This document shows positions 32,475 through 42,698 of a DNA stretch of 64,000 bases, one piece after another. This stretch comes from Tortispora ganteri. Its lineage: Eukaryota. The DNA is taken from NCBI GenBank assembly GCA_003707115.1, contig PPNB01000006.1, positions 1 through 64,000 of the forward strand, written 5' to 3'. Below the pieces are notes generated by a model. That model did not search any database. It worked only from the letters and a program-made list of their open reading frames with translations, and was not told the DNA's origin. Made by a program: the position numbers and the translations under genes. The first letter of the stretch is position 1, and every line of letters starts with the position of its first letter.

Positions 32475-34019
32475 ATGGAATCTAGGTCTGAAAGAAGTCT
32501 AATTGCATCCGAGAAATTTAAAACCTTCTCGGAGCGACTACCAGAGCTGCTATATCCTAAGATCGATGTATCCGAGCTTAATGCAGTCAACTCAGATCAA
32601 GAAGATGAGCAAACGCAACCGAGACCTTTAGAACCTATACCGCAGCCAGAACGAAAGAAACGAAAAACAGCTTATCAGAGCCGTCCGAATTGGATAGTAG
32701 AACCCGAACATGTCGATCCTGATGCGAGCCTGCCATTTTCAGACAAGGTGTTTGAACTGAATAGTAACATTCTGAATAATCTGCGCGATGCAGGTATTGA
32801 AAATTCATTCGCTGTCCAGACTAGTGCGATACCGTATATAAACAAATGCATGCGACAAAGAGGCTCTGCAACGTCTCACAGCCTTTTGGTGAATTCGTTC
32901 ACTGGATCAGGAAAAACATTAGCATATGCTCTACCAGTGCTGAACACTCTATGGGGCCGCCCGTCTGGAAAACTGCGAGCATTGATCGTTCTGCCTACCA
33001 AACCACTAGCGCAGCAGGTTGCCTCTATATTTTTTGATATTTCCCGCGGATCTGGTCTTAAAATAGCTCTACTTAAGGCCGGCAGGGCGTTTACTGAAGA
33101 GCAAGAAAAGACACTCAAATCTCCACCTGATATAGTGATCTCCACTCCAGGACGATTAGTAGACCATATCCGCCGAACTGAAGGGTTCACTTTAAAGCAT
33201 TTACAGTTTTTAATTATTGACGAGGCAGATAGGCTGCTAAACCAATCTTTTCAAGATTGGGTCAATGTTGTTGTTACATCTTGTTCTGAACTTCGCCGCA
33301 AATACCAACCAGATATGTACAATATGCACTACCTACCTCCCTTTATGACGCTCGTTTTCTCCGCTACTCTTACCAGAGATCCGAGGAAACTTGGTTCGTT
33401 GAACATAAAAAATCCGAAGATTTTGCTAATAGGGTCCACAGATGCCGAGTATGCATTGCCTACAGGTCTAGAAGAGTTTAGCTACAACGTGAAAACGCTT
33501 AAAGACAAGCCGCTACTATTGGTATATTTGCTTGAAACTCGCAAACAAGCCGGTAGGGTGCTTGTATTTGTATCTTCAAACGAATCCGCGCTCAGGCTAC
33601 ACAGGCTGGTGCAGCTGTCATCGCCCTCGTTGGCAGTGGGTTTCTGCATGGGCGACAGTCTTCCGGCAGAGAAGAAACGAGTTATTAATGAATTTTCAAA
33701 AGGAACTATAGATATTCTCATAGCTACAGATATGGTGGCGCGTGGAATGGACATAGATGGAGTATCGCTCGTGATCAACTATGACCTACCGCTGTCTGCG
33801 CGGGAATACGTTCATAGAGTAGGCAGAACTGCACGTGCCGGAAAAACTGGCACGGCTGTGGCTTTTGTGGTTGGCCGTGGCGAATGGAAACATTTCCATA
33901 TAATAACTGAGCCTTCAGCTCGGAAACAAAAGATTACAGAAGAAGAGATAGAAGAGTTTCCGGACGATTTGCGCTTACGATATGAAAAGGCATTAGAAGA
34001 GTTTCAAAGACAATTATGA
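32475..34019 (+). CDS. DBP6: DEAD-box RNA helicase Dbp6/DDX51
   Basis: TGSGKTLAY, LPTKPLAQQV, DEADRLLNQSFQDW, FSATLT, YVHRVGRTARAG. Confidence 0.88.
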   Translation: MESRSERSLIASEKFKTFSERLPELLYPKIDVSELNAVNSDQEDEQTQPRPLEPIPQPERKKRKTAYQSRPNWIVEPEHVDPDASLPFSDKVFELNSNILNNLRDAGIENSFAVQTSAIPYINKCMRQRGSATSHSLLVNSFTGSGKTLAYALPVLNTLWGRPSGKLRALIVLPTKPLAQQVASIFFDISRGSGLKIALLKAGRAFTEEQEKTLKSPPDIVISTPGRLVDHIRRTEGFTLKHLQFLIIDEADRLLNQSFQDWVNVVVTSCSELRRKYQPDMYNMHYLPPFMTLVFSATLTRDPRKLGSLNIKNPKILLIGSTDAEYALPTGLEEFSYNVKTLKDKPLLLVYLLETRKQAGRVLVFVSSNESALRLHRLVQLSSPSLAVGFCMGDSLPAEKKRVINEFSKGTIDILIATDMVARGMDIDGVSLVINYDLPLSAREYVHRVGRTARAGKTGTAVAFVVGRGEWKHFHIITEPSARKQKITEEEIEEFPDDLRLRYEKALEEFQRQL

Positions 34020-35024
34020 GGTTATTCTAGTATTATCTGCACGAGCGAGCTTTATCTTCCACTCTGGATCGCGCAGGTTAGAATCCTCTGTGAGTTTTGT
34101 TTCGATGAAATTTGTGAGGTCGACAGCCCGCTTGTAGCTCTGTTCCACACAGTCCATTATAGTTTGAGTGCTGAGTTGAAAGCCGCCCGATTTGTACATT
34201 TGACAAATTTCTTTACTTTTATTTATGGTAATAATCAGAAAGAATGACCGAAATGATTCTTCTTCCATTGTAGCGTCGCACAAGCAAATATGACTAGCCG
34301 TAGTCGAATCGGATTCGTTCTCATTCAGTTGTTCATCGTTGTTATCTTCGTAGTCGTTCATTTCCTCGTAGTCATCATTGTTAGCCTTCGAAGTGGTTGG
34401 TGTAGTACTACTAGAAGGAGGTTTTATGCCGTGGTAGAAAGAAAATGTGACTGAAATAGGTGTATGGAGGATATTCAGCGGGATGGGGTTTCTTTCTTTA
34501 ATAGGGATAAGACGGACATCATTTGTTGTATGATCTATAGCTGTATCAGGATGTCGATAATGACGCAATGCAGTTATAACAGCTGCACATATAGCATCTA
34601 TGAGATTTCCGTCGAATTCAAGAACATGGACATCAGCGCGGACTCTCCAACAAACTTTGCCGGCAATTACGCAAAGAGACTCGAGATCGAGAGCAGCAGA
34701 TCGTCTTATAGCCTTCTCAATTATTCTATCTAAGAAGCTATCATTTTGATTAAACCAAGGAGCAGCCATAGGATTTAATTCAGTAGTAACCATGAACATT
34801 CCTTCAGATGTACGATCTTCAAAAGGTTGAGTCAATTCTGCACTTACAGATACAAGTACTTTTGTATGTCCTTGAATATACTTAACGACACCATAATCAC
34901 CAGGAAATTCTATTTGAACTGGTCTAAACTCAGTTAAATTTCGTGAATCAATACGAAATCCTTCATTAAGAATTTCTTTTACAAATTTTCTTGAATTATT
35001 TATAGGAAATGGCGCCCTGAGCAT
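34014..35024 (-). CDS. RRP45: Exosome core RNase PH-like subunit
   Basis: RIDSR..EFR, ALDLESLCVIAGKVCW, FDGNLIDA, HYRHPD, HTPISVTFSF; polar/acidic insertion. Confidence 0.92.
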   Translation of the reverse strand: MLRAPFPINNSRKFVKEILNEGFRIDSRNLTEFRPVQIEFPGDYGVVKYIQGHTKVLVSVSAELTQPFEDRTSEGMFMVTTELNPMAAPWFNQNDSFLDRIIEKAIRRSAALDLESLCVIAGKVCWRVRADVHVLEFDGNLIDAICAAVITALRHYRHPDTAIDHTTNDVRLIPIKERNPIPLNILHTPISVTFSFYHGIKPPSSSTTPTTSKANNDDYEEMNDYEDNNDEQLNENESDSTTASHICLCDATMEEESFRSFFLIITINKSKEICQMYKSGGFQLSTQTIMDCVEQSYKRAVDLTNFIETKLTEDSNLRDPEWKIKLARADNTRITS

Positions 35025-35133
35025 CTTTGTTGTCTCTTTTTAGCCTTTTATCTCGTTTTCTATGTAAATTTGATAATTATCTAATTTCCCAATAAATACT
35101 CTACTTTTGATTTTACTTTTGAACTACATCATA

Positions 35134-35685
35134 ATGACTACTGCTCATAGACCAACATTTGATTCTGCTAAAGGTAGAAGTGATCAACCAAAGAATTCTA
35201 TATCACATTCACGTGCTCAACCGAGTCATCTTACATTAAAATATCGTGATCATATTGAAACACCAGATATAGAGAAACTATTGACATCTGATGAACAAAA
35301 TAAAGATAAGTCAGATATTAATACCGTTTCTAATAATAATGAATCTGTTATAACGACTGATATTAATTCTGCTTCCAACTCTGATATCAACTCTGATATC
35401 AACTCTGATGACAATTCTGATGACAATTCTGACTCCGACGAAGAGCAGCTCTTACTACAAGAACTCGCCAAAATCAAAGCTGAACGCGCTGAAAAAGCTA
35501 AACAAAATAGAATAAAACAAGGAAACCCGCTGCTAAATACTACTACTACTACAAAGAAAAGATCATGGACTGATGACTCAATCTTCTCCGGAAAAGCTAA
35601 AGAACAAAAAAAATCAAAAGACTTCGTTAATGATATGGTGCATTCTGATACACACAAGAAATTCTTAAACGATCACATAAAATGA
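35134..35685 (+). CDS. CWC15: Spliceosome NTC-associated protein
   Basis: MTTAHRPTF, HLTLKYR, LLQELAKIKAER, GNPLL, KRSWTDD, FVNDMVHSDTHKKFL; ATG at 35134. Confidence 0.93.
   Translation: MTTAHRPTFDSAKGRSDQPKNSISHSRAQPSHLTLKYRDHIETPDIEKLLTSDEQNKDKSDINTVSNNNESVITTDINSASNSDINSDINSDDNSDDNSDSDEEQLLLQELAKIKAERAEKAKQNRIKQGNPLLNTTTTTKKRSWTDDSIFSGKAKEQKKSKDFVNDMVHSDTHKKFLNDHIK
35377..35436 (+). repeat. 12-bp coding minisatellite, 5 copies (NSDI/NSDD) in CWC15
   Basis: AACTCTGATATC x2, AACTCTGATGAC, AATTCTGATGAC, AATTCTGACTCC. Confidence 0.85.
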
Positions 35686-35707
35686 TCTAATATATTGTCT
35701 TCCCAAA

Positions 35708-38626
35708 CTACTTGATCTTTGTCGACCGCTTAGTGAGCTCTAAGAACTTCTTCTTAGACAACATTCCATAGTACTTCCCTGACTGCGTCACTACTATGCA
35801 TCGAAGACCAAGCTTTGCAAACAAAGTATGCGCCATTACTAGAGGCGACTCGACATCTAGAGTTAGAGGCGTCCGGTCCACGAAAACTCGCAAATCAACT
35901 ATACTACTACCTTCGTCGTCACTGTTGCTCACCCATACCGGTGGAACACTGATCCCTTCCTCTGTTCCTCCATTCTCTTCATTTCCCTGGATCGACCCAG
36001 CGTTTATCACCCCATGAATATGCAATCCTCGTACTCCCTCGTCATCCACTCTTGAATTGCTGTCCATGGACCCTAGTAAACACATATCCTCTTCCTCAAG
36101 TGGTCTTCCCAATTCGGCCTCCATAGCGTCCAGTGCAAACGCCAATTCAGGCCCAGGAAGTATGCCTTGCACCACTCGGTCTACGCTAATAACCGGTATA
36201 CCCGAGTCACTTTCTCCGCTCTTTTGTAGCTTTTTCAAATATATGCTTAGTTGCAATGCACTCACCTTCCCTGAACTCGAAATGTCAATAACCGGATAGT
36301 TCATTGTCGCTCCATTTTTCACAGATCGCACACCATGGTCATCAAGAGCTTCAGCCAGCGTAGACACATACACTGGACTCTCACGAGGATCTAGAAAAGG
36401 ATATTTCTTGGCCGCAATTTGTAAATCATATACTGAATTGGGTTCAATGGCATTCGCTGTCAACACAGATGTTAATACTGCGATACTGAATGGTACAACA
36501 TATTCAAGGGACCCAGTCAACTCAAATAAGATAACTGTCAACGTGACTGTCATGCGTGTTACGCCTCCCATGAATGCACCTCCTGCAATCATAGCATACA
36601 CCCCTGGATTCACACACATCAGAGGACCGCCAGAGCATGACGAAAAGAGAAAGCCAAAAGAAGGCGCCGCATGATGAAGATATTGCAATCCAAGACCAAC
36701 AATACGGCCAAACATAGCTCCTATAACCATACTGGGAATATATATTCCAGAGGGCACCTTAGAGCCGAACGTGACTGTAGTCAGGACAGTTTTAATAAGA
36801 AATGCCACTAAAAGTGATTTCATGGCAGTCGGTATTTCGTCCAAACTCGGACACAAAACATCTTCTTTTTGGGCAGACGTGTGGAAAACTGATGTGCATG
36901 GTTGCATGAGATCGTTCAGTATTTCCGTTACTGCTTGCTTAGTGAAAGGGTTCCAGAAACACACTGCTGAAGTTAACAAAGACAGGATTGCAACTTCAAA
37001 TGCAGGGTGTTTTGAAAGATGCTTTTTTCTAATTTTGCTTTCCCATTTGCTATTCAATTTGCAGAACAAAGCACCGAATATTCCACCAGCTAGACCCAAA
37101 AATACAAAGAAAAGAAGCTCAACACCTCTCCAAGGCTGCTCATACCGCACCTCAAACATGACTATTTTGCCCGTTCGATAGGGATTTAGTAATTTCAAGA
37201 ACAGACCAGAAAACATGGCACAAAAAAATGTCCTGAATAGTGTTTTGTGCGGGAAGTAGTATGAGACTTCTTCAAGAGAGAAAAGTACGCCTCCTAGCGG
37301 CGAGCCAAATGCTAATGCCACACCTGCACTGGTAGCGGCAGAGATGATTTCTCTTCTTTTGCCGTCGTTCATGTCATACTTTGAGAATAATCTGGTACAT
37401 ATGTTACCAACGCAGGCAGCTATGTGTACAAATGGGCCTTCTTTGCCCACACACAGGCCAGACGCCACGGAAAACATCAGTCCTACAGACTTGGTAACTA
37501 ACGTATAGGTACCAAGGTATTTTCGGATAACGAAGCCCGATAAAATGGTTTTAACTTCTGCAACACCGCTTCCAGCTGCACCGTACAGTGGAGCTGGTTT
37601 CTTTGCTTTTTCCTGGGTTTCAGTGTAGAGCAATGGCTGCTGCTGATCTCCTGGGGCCGGAGAAGGTTCTTGGATGCTGCCGGGCATTTGGTGAGAATCA
37701 TTTGTGTTAGACGTAAGGGTAATAAAGGCGGCCATAAGAGCAAAGAGTAAAGATAGGAGTGTATAGACGGCAAAGTCAAGGACTGGTCCCTCGGCTTTAG
37801 TTGTAGATAGGAGTTCGGACCAGGAGAGCCACGTAGTGCATTTTTTGTGGCTAGGTCCGGCTATATTGCAACAAGATTCGAAGTCTGAAAAAATCGAATG
37901 TTCTTCAGATATGCAGAGTCCAGTTTTCCAGCCGTTGAGAGTTGGTTCCGAGATATCAATTATGTAGGCTATTGAGGCAAATAGGATTCCGATGATAACG
38001 ATAACTATCCAGCCCTGAGAGGCATCCCAGGCACGGTACATACGGCCTCTTATTCCTGGAATAGTAGAGAGGAAGTACCGGCGATAGGAGTCTTTAATTG
38101 CGTCATGAAGCCAGTCGATTGTTGTGAAGTTATCGTACCAGCCAGCCTCGTGTTGAAGGCCGGTGAAGAGGTCGTCGTTCGTGATGGACTGACCGTGGTT
38201 AGATGCAGTAGTGGAGTCAATATGTCTAATAGAACCATAGCGGCCGTAAACAGGCGGACCGATGGTATGGAGAGCATCGTTGCTGGAAGATCGCAAGAAC
38301 ATGGAGGCTGAACGTTTCGGAGTAATCATAGGGGAGTGCAAATCGAAGCGAAGATCAGCAGATATCTTTGAAGTGCCATCGCGTGCTGGTGCGAATGGTA
38401 TTGCGGATATGCCTGGGAGTCTGAGATTGAGATGATTACGGCTCTTTGGGGACTGCATACTACTTCGGAGGTCGCCGATAGTGACTCTATGAGTCGGGGA
38501 ATGGGCGACAGGTCTTCCGATGGTGCTTTCAGAGCCACTATCGGAATCGTAGGGAGCGCAACTTGACGAATCAAGCGGATCTGGCGGATCCGAGTCGCAG
38601 TACTTGCCGGTGGAACCTGAAGGCAT
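35708..38626 (-). CDS. ClC chloride channel/exchanger with CBS domains
   Basis: FTTIDW, GSGVAEVK, GKEGP, LFSLEEVSYY, PSGIYIP, TRMTVTL; first ATG at 38626. Confidence 0.95.
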   Translation of the reverse strand: MPSGSTGKYCDSDPPDPLDSSSCAPYDSDSGSESTIGRPVAHSPTHRVTIGDLRSSMQSPKSRNHLNLRLPGISAIPFAPARDGTSKISADLRFDLHSPMITPKRSASMFLRSSSNDALHTIGPPVYGRYGSIRHIDSTTASNHGQSITNDDLFTGLQHEAGWYDNFTTIDWLHDAIKDSYRRYFLSTIPGIRGRMYRAWDASQGWIVIVIIGILFASIAYIIDISEPTLNGWKTGLCISEEHSIFSDFESCCNIAGPSHKKCTTWLSWSELLSTTKAEGPVLDFAVYTLLSLLFALMAAFITLTSNTNDSHQMPGSIQEPSPAPGDQQQPLLYTETQEKAKKPAPLYGAAGSGVAEVKTILSGFVIRKYLGTYTLVTKSVGLMFSVASGLCVGKEGPFVHIAACVGNICTRLFSKYDMNDGKRREIISAATSAGVALAFGSPLGGVLFSLEEVSYYFPHKTLFRTFFCAMFSGLFLKLLNPYRTGKIVMFEVRYEQPWRGVELLFFVFLGLAGGIFGALFCKLNSKWESKIRKKHLSKHPAFEVAILSLLTSAVCFWNPFTKQAVTEILNDLMQPCTSVFHTSAQKEDVLCPSLDEIPTAMKSLLVAFLIKTVLTTVTFGSKVPSGIYIPSMVIGAMFGRIVGLGLQYLHHAAPSFGFLFSSCSGGPLMCVNPGVYAMIAGGAFMGGVTRMTVTLTVILFELTGSLEYVVPFSIAVLTSVLTANAIEPNSVYDLQIAAKKYPFLDPRESPVYVSTLAEALDDHGVRSVKNGATMNYPVIDISSSGKVSALQLSIYLKKLQKSGESDSGIPVISVDRVVQGILPGPELAFALDAMEAELGRPLEEEDMCLLGSMDSNSRVDDEGVRGLHIHGVINAGSIQGNEENGGTEEGISVPPVWVSNSDDEGSSIVDLRVFVDRTPLTLDVESPLVMAHTLFAKLGLRCIVVTQSGKYYGMLSKKKFLELTKRSTKIK

Positions 38627-39395
38627 TGATGTAGATGAGTAGGATAGCACACGGGAGCCTAGTCAAGATATCACGAGTTCAGGGAGTAGCAGGATTGGTG
38701 CGCAATACGCGGTCGTAGTGTTTGATAGTAGTTAGGAAAAGCAACTGTAAAGGTCCAAAAAAAATAACGCGTCTGCGAATGTATTAGATCACTCAGTGAG
38801 AGTAGAAGAGTAGAAAGATGTGTGTACCTTGGAAAAAAGGTGCTTGTTTCAGAGAGAGTAGTGTGCACGCGTGTAAGTTTTGGGAAATTTAGAGATAAAG
38901 TTTTTGCGTGGTGCAGGAATTTAAGAACATTAAGTAACCGGTACCAGGGGTAGAACGCGTTGAGTGCTAACTTTAGTTGCACTTTTGAGAGTTGAAAACC
39001 AAAAGCAGCTGTATAGAAAATGTGTACGGGTGCTGTGGTCGCCAAATAAACATGGATTACTCGATTGCGACTGACATGCAGTCGACTACGATACAAGAAT
39101 ATAAGGTTTAAGGAACAAACCTTATGCATGAAATGACGGGTTGTGGGAGGTGTAGTACAAACGCTCATTCGGTATTAGGTATTTTAACTAACTCGCGACA
39201 TTTCTTTTCTCTTTTTGTGTCTCTTTTTATGTCTCTTTTTTTCTTTTTCTTTTTTGTTTGTTAGTTTTGGTGAAGATGACTATGGTTTTTGATAAACGCG
39301 TTTTGGCCTTCTGGTGGTCGCATCTGTTGGTCTAAGCTACGTATAGAGTGGTAGTCATGCGATGATAATGGCTATGCGGACGGCTATAAAGGGCA

Positions 39396-39971
39396 TTATA
39401 TTTTAGAAAGAGTGAGAAGAGCCTCGCCCGTGGACGGTAATGTGGTCTTAATTAGCTGAGACATCTGCTTGAAGTTCGGATGGTTCGCATCTTTAAGAAG
39501 CTCGAACATGATGGAGTCGGATGTGGATACAATAGCACCCGCAGAGGTCATACGGCGGAGGGCGATCGGTATTTCGCCCTTGTTGCCACTGCTGACAGCG
39601 TCAGCGCAAACATACACCTTGATCTTCGATCTGCACAGATCGAGTACCGTCTGGAGGACACAGACGTGAGATTCAACGCCGGCTATAATAACGGTATCGT
39701 CGGCCTGGACGATCTCCTTCACCTCCGGAATCATCATTGAGAAGAGTGTTTTGTCGCTGTTGATATCGGCCCGCTTGAATGCGGGTTTTTCCAAAATCTC
39801 CGGTACAGTTTCACCTAGTGCGCGCTTTTTCTGCGTTGTGACAATTACTGACCAGCCAAAGATTTCGGCGGCGTCAAGTAGCTTGCACGTTTGTGTTATT
39901 ACCGTCTCGCATGAATATATTGACTGGCGCAGCGCCTGCTGGATGTCGCACACAAATAATCTGATTGCCAT
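39396..39971 (-). CDS. Isochorismatase-family hydrolase (ISOC-like)
   Basis: FVCDIQ, LGETVPE, KTLFSM, GVESHVCVLQT, DANHPNFK; ATG at 39971; ends in SKI. Confidence 0.9.
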   Translation of the reverse strand: MAIRLFVCDIQQALRQSIYSCETVITQTCKLLDAAEIFGWSVIVTTQKKRALGETVPEILEKPAFKRADINSDKTLFSMMIPEVKEIVQADDTVIIAGVESHVCVLQTVLDLCRSKIKVYVCADAVSSGNKGEIPIALRRMTSAGAIVSTSDSIMFELLKDANHPNFKQMSQLIKTTLPSTGEALLTLSKI

Positions 39972-40229
39972 CGTTTTATTGATCAAGTTTTTTTTCTTAT
40001 TTTTCTTTTTGTTATTGGTATTTACCAGATTAAACTATCGTTAATAAACGTGTTATCGAAGGAGAATGACAGATCGGAAGGCAGAAACCGCAATTCGCAC
40101 GCCATTCCCGCGGAAATGCACCGCCGCTTTTATAACCCCACCCCCCCCTCCCCACATTGGGAGGACCTTGGATTCCCCTAGCAACCAATATAGGATGCCA
40201 AGTTGTTACTTGTACCCCGGATGGCTTTA

Positions 40230-40250
40230 TCACGTGCTTTTATTGACTCA
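40230..40250 (+). promoter_or_regulatory. TCACGTG (bHLH E-box) and TGACTCA (AP-1 type) immediately upstream of arsC
   Basis: TCACGTG 40230-40236; TGACTCA 40244-40250. Confidence 0.45.
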
Positions 40251-40271
40251 CGCTATTGCTAATAATTCTTT

Positions 40272-40625
40272 ATGGCTGCCTATACGCTCATTCACAACCC
40301 GAAATGCAGTACTTCGCGAACAGTACTCGCCATACTCAAGGAGAACGGCCATGAAGTTAATGTCATAGAGTACCTCAAAGATCCTCCAACTGAGACTACA
40401 TACCGCGACTGGATAACGCATCTCGGCGGGTCCCCTCGAGATATAATCCGCTCAAAGGAACCTTTGTACAAATCTCTGAACCTGGACGATGAAAATACTA
40501 CTGACGACCAATTGATCAATGCATTAGTTGCTAATCCGATCCTGTTCAATCGACCACTCGTTATATCACCCTCCGGCGTAGTAAAAGTATGTCGTCCCGC
40601 TGACACAGTACGCAATCTGCTATGA
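40272..40625 (+). CDS. arsC: Glutaredoxin-dependent arsenate reductase, bacterial ArsC family
   Basis: HNPKCSTSR with C12, plus R16, R60, R94 (NRP) and R108 (CRP) matching E. coli R773 ArsC catalytic residues; YLKDPP; 117 aa, intronless. Confidence 0.92.
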   Translation: MAAYTLIHNPKCSTSRTVLAILKENGHEVNVIEYLKDPPTETTYRDWITHLGGSPRDIIRSKEPLYKSLNLDDENTTDDQLINALVANPILFNRPLVISPSGVVKVCRPADTVRNLL

Positions 40626-40820
40626 CCGCCTACTCTACGCCTCAATTTTCTTATCCAATTATACAGTATATTGACCAATTTGGTTCTATATATTGCACCC
40701 TCAATTTCGTAGCTTCTTTCTGTTATTGTTGCTGTTGTTGTCTTGCGCGGCCCCTCTTGCCACCACCCTTTTCCTCGGTTCAAACTTACCTGCCACCACC
40801 ACCAATCACCAATCACCAGC

Positions 40821-42428
40821 ATGGACCAATCTAGCCGCAACCGCATACAGCTGCTACTCAAGAACCTTGCAGAGGGCTCATCTGCACCGAATAAATTGTT
40901 AAGTGATTTTGCACATGTTCTTCCCACCGTCAAGAACGCCGAAAACGTCGCCTTGCTGTCGTCTACTCTCGCTACTTCACCAATATGGCATACATCGCCG
41001 ATCCAATCGGCATACACCTCCCTTATAACCATTGCCGCGCTACAGATGTCGCTTGAAAGAAAACGCAAAATTACTGAGCCAACAATTACTTTAACTGTAT
41101 TCATATCGTCCATCCTCAATGCATGTCTCGCCGCCGCTCCGACAGCGCCTTCTACAGGCAGCATCATTGCAGGCTTACTCGCCGGCTCTGCCTCATCCTC
41201 ACTACACCCTTACCAGACTGAAGTCCCATCACGAATTCAGTATAAACTGCTCAAATCGTACTGCTCTGTCGCATCTTCCGCTCTATTGTCCCCGGTGCTA
41301 GTTTTTGCTCACGCCCGCGTTTGCACGCTCAACCCTGATGCACCCGGCCACGGCATTCCAACTAAATTGTCGCAGCGGATGCTCCCGTCCATGCTCAATA
41401 CGCTTCTTTTTAGCTCTATGGGCGTGCTGGCTGATAAGTCAGCAGTACCCAAAGCTGTCACTGACCAGACACCTTCGCTCACAGTGGCCACTGCCTCGTG
41501 CATTGTGGACTTGGGCGCAGTCGAGCAGACCGTCCTGGCTCTCACTCAGTTTTTGAACACACAGAGCAATAGAAATCAGTCAGAAACCAAGACTCTTGTT
41601 TATTCAATCCTCACTCTACTTGAGTATGCTGCCAAGCAGCTGCTCACGTTTCCGCGGCGACCTCAGAAACTACCACTCATGATTCTCGATACCCTGCGAA
41701 ATAGCTCAGATTTGCTCATAGAAAGAGGCATAGTCTCTGTGGGTAACTTGCCTGCATATGATTTTGCATTTTTGACAGCATTGAAACTGCTGGACAGTAA
41801 CTCAATTGCTACGCTGCTACACAGTATCCTCTCTACTTCAATAGAACGAACGCCCCAGACGTTGTTTGATCTTAACTGCGCTGAACAGGTTGTGTCGAAT
41901 AATCTTACCAACAAAATGCTTGTACAGATCTTTGAGCACTGTAAGCAATACGCGCGAGACTTGCCTATTACCGATACCAATAGGTACTGGGCAGAAGCGG
42001 CACACTCAGTCATACTCGCATTGCTAATGCAGATGTCTGTCTTAAGTCCGTCAGAGGTGTTTTCAGCAACTCTGTACGACTATTTGACCATGTTGTTCGA
42101 CTGTTTCCCAAAAAATGGGCTTTCTGACCACCAGTATTCGCTGGCATGCGGCATGGTCATGCAAGCTGCGGGGTCGCACGATGTCGTGAAAGGTGGCGCA
42201 CTGGCTGTAGATATGTACAATCGCATGTATGCGAGATTGGATAGTGTACCGGAAACTCGAAACGCATTTGAGAAAATTTTACAGTACGCTCCACCAAACG
42301 TTGTCGTTGGTGGCTTACAGCGACTCTACGCGCGACCCGAACAGGCCATGCCGATCATTCAGGGGTTCGACCTCGAACGGAAGGAAAAAGCATTGAACTG
42401 GGCATTCTCACGGCGAATGAACTTGTAA
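40821..42428 (+). CDS. PEX8: Peroxin 8
   Basis: NAENVALLSSTLATSPIW, TLFDLN..E, EAAHSVIL, Y..MLFDCFP..LS.HQ blocks resemble fungal Pex8; ATG at 40821; ends RRMNL. Confidence 0.72.
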   Translation: MDQSSRNRIQLLLKNLAEGSSAPNKLLSDFAHVLPTVKNAENVALLSSTLATSPIWHTSPIQSAYTSLITIAALQMSLERKRKITEPTITLTVFISSILNACLAAAPTAPSTGSIIAGLLAGSASSSLHPYQTEVPSRIQYKLLKSYCSVASSALLSPVLVFAHARVCTLNPDAPGHGIPTKLSQRMLPSMLNTLLFSSMGVLADKSAVPKAVTDQTPSLTVATASCIVDLGAVEQTVLALTQFLNTQSNRNQSETKTLVYSILTLLEYAAKQLLTFPRRPQKLPLMILDTLRNSSDLLIERGIVSVGNLPAYDFAFLTALKLLDSNSIATLLHSILSTSIERTPQTLFDLNCAEQVVSNNLTNKMLVQIFEHCKQYARDLPITDTNRYWAEAAHSVILALLMQMSVLSPSEVFSATLYDYLTMLFDCFPKNGLSDHQYSLACGMVMQAAGSHDVVKGGALAVDMYNRMYARLDSVPETRNAFEKILQYAPPNVVVGGLQRLYARPEQAMPIIQGFDLERKEKALNWAFSRRMNL

Positions 42429-42698
42429 AATGGAATGGTATTTTATTTATTAGAATAACGGGGGGTTTTTCCTCCACTGTTAAAAATACTGGCCGCTTAT
42501 TCGCTGGACCGTGACACTGTTACCCTACAACCGGGTTTGCGCGACGCTGACCCCTCCCCATACAACCAAGGGCCGTGCATACTATGCTCTCCGCCTTGCC
42601 CACAGCCGATCCGTCAAGTATATAAGCCGTTCAAAATTTTCCCCTTTACACCACTTTTTCGCAAACTAATAACTCAAAAAGCTACGCTTATTGCAAAA

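Noticed and set aside
35708..38626. ClC gene as part of an iron cluster with FET3-FTR1
   Set aside because: Over 20 kb and many unrelated genes apart; GSGVAE-type paralogue, not clearly Gef1
40292..41167. 291-aa - strand ORF over arsC and PEX8
   Set aside because: Overlaps two supported + strand genes; no ATG-led family motif; explained by local composition
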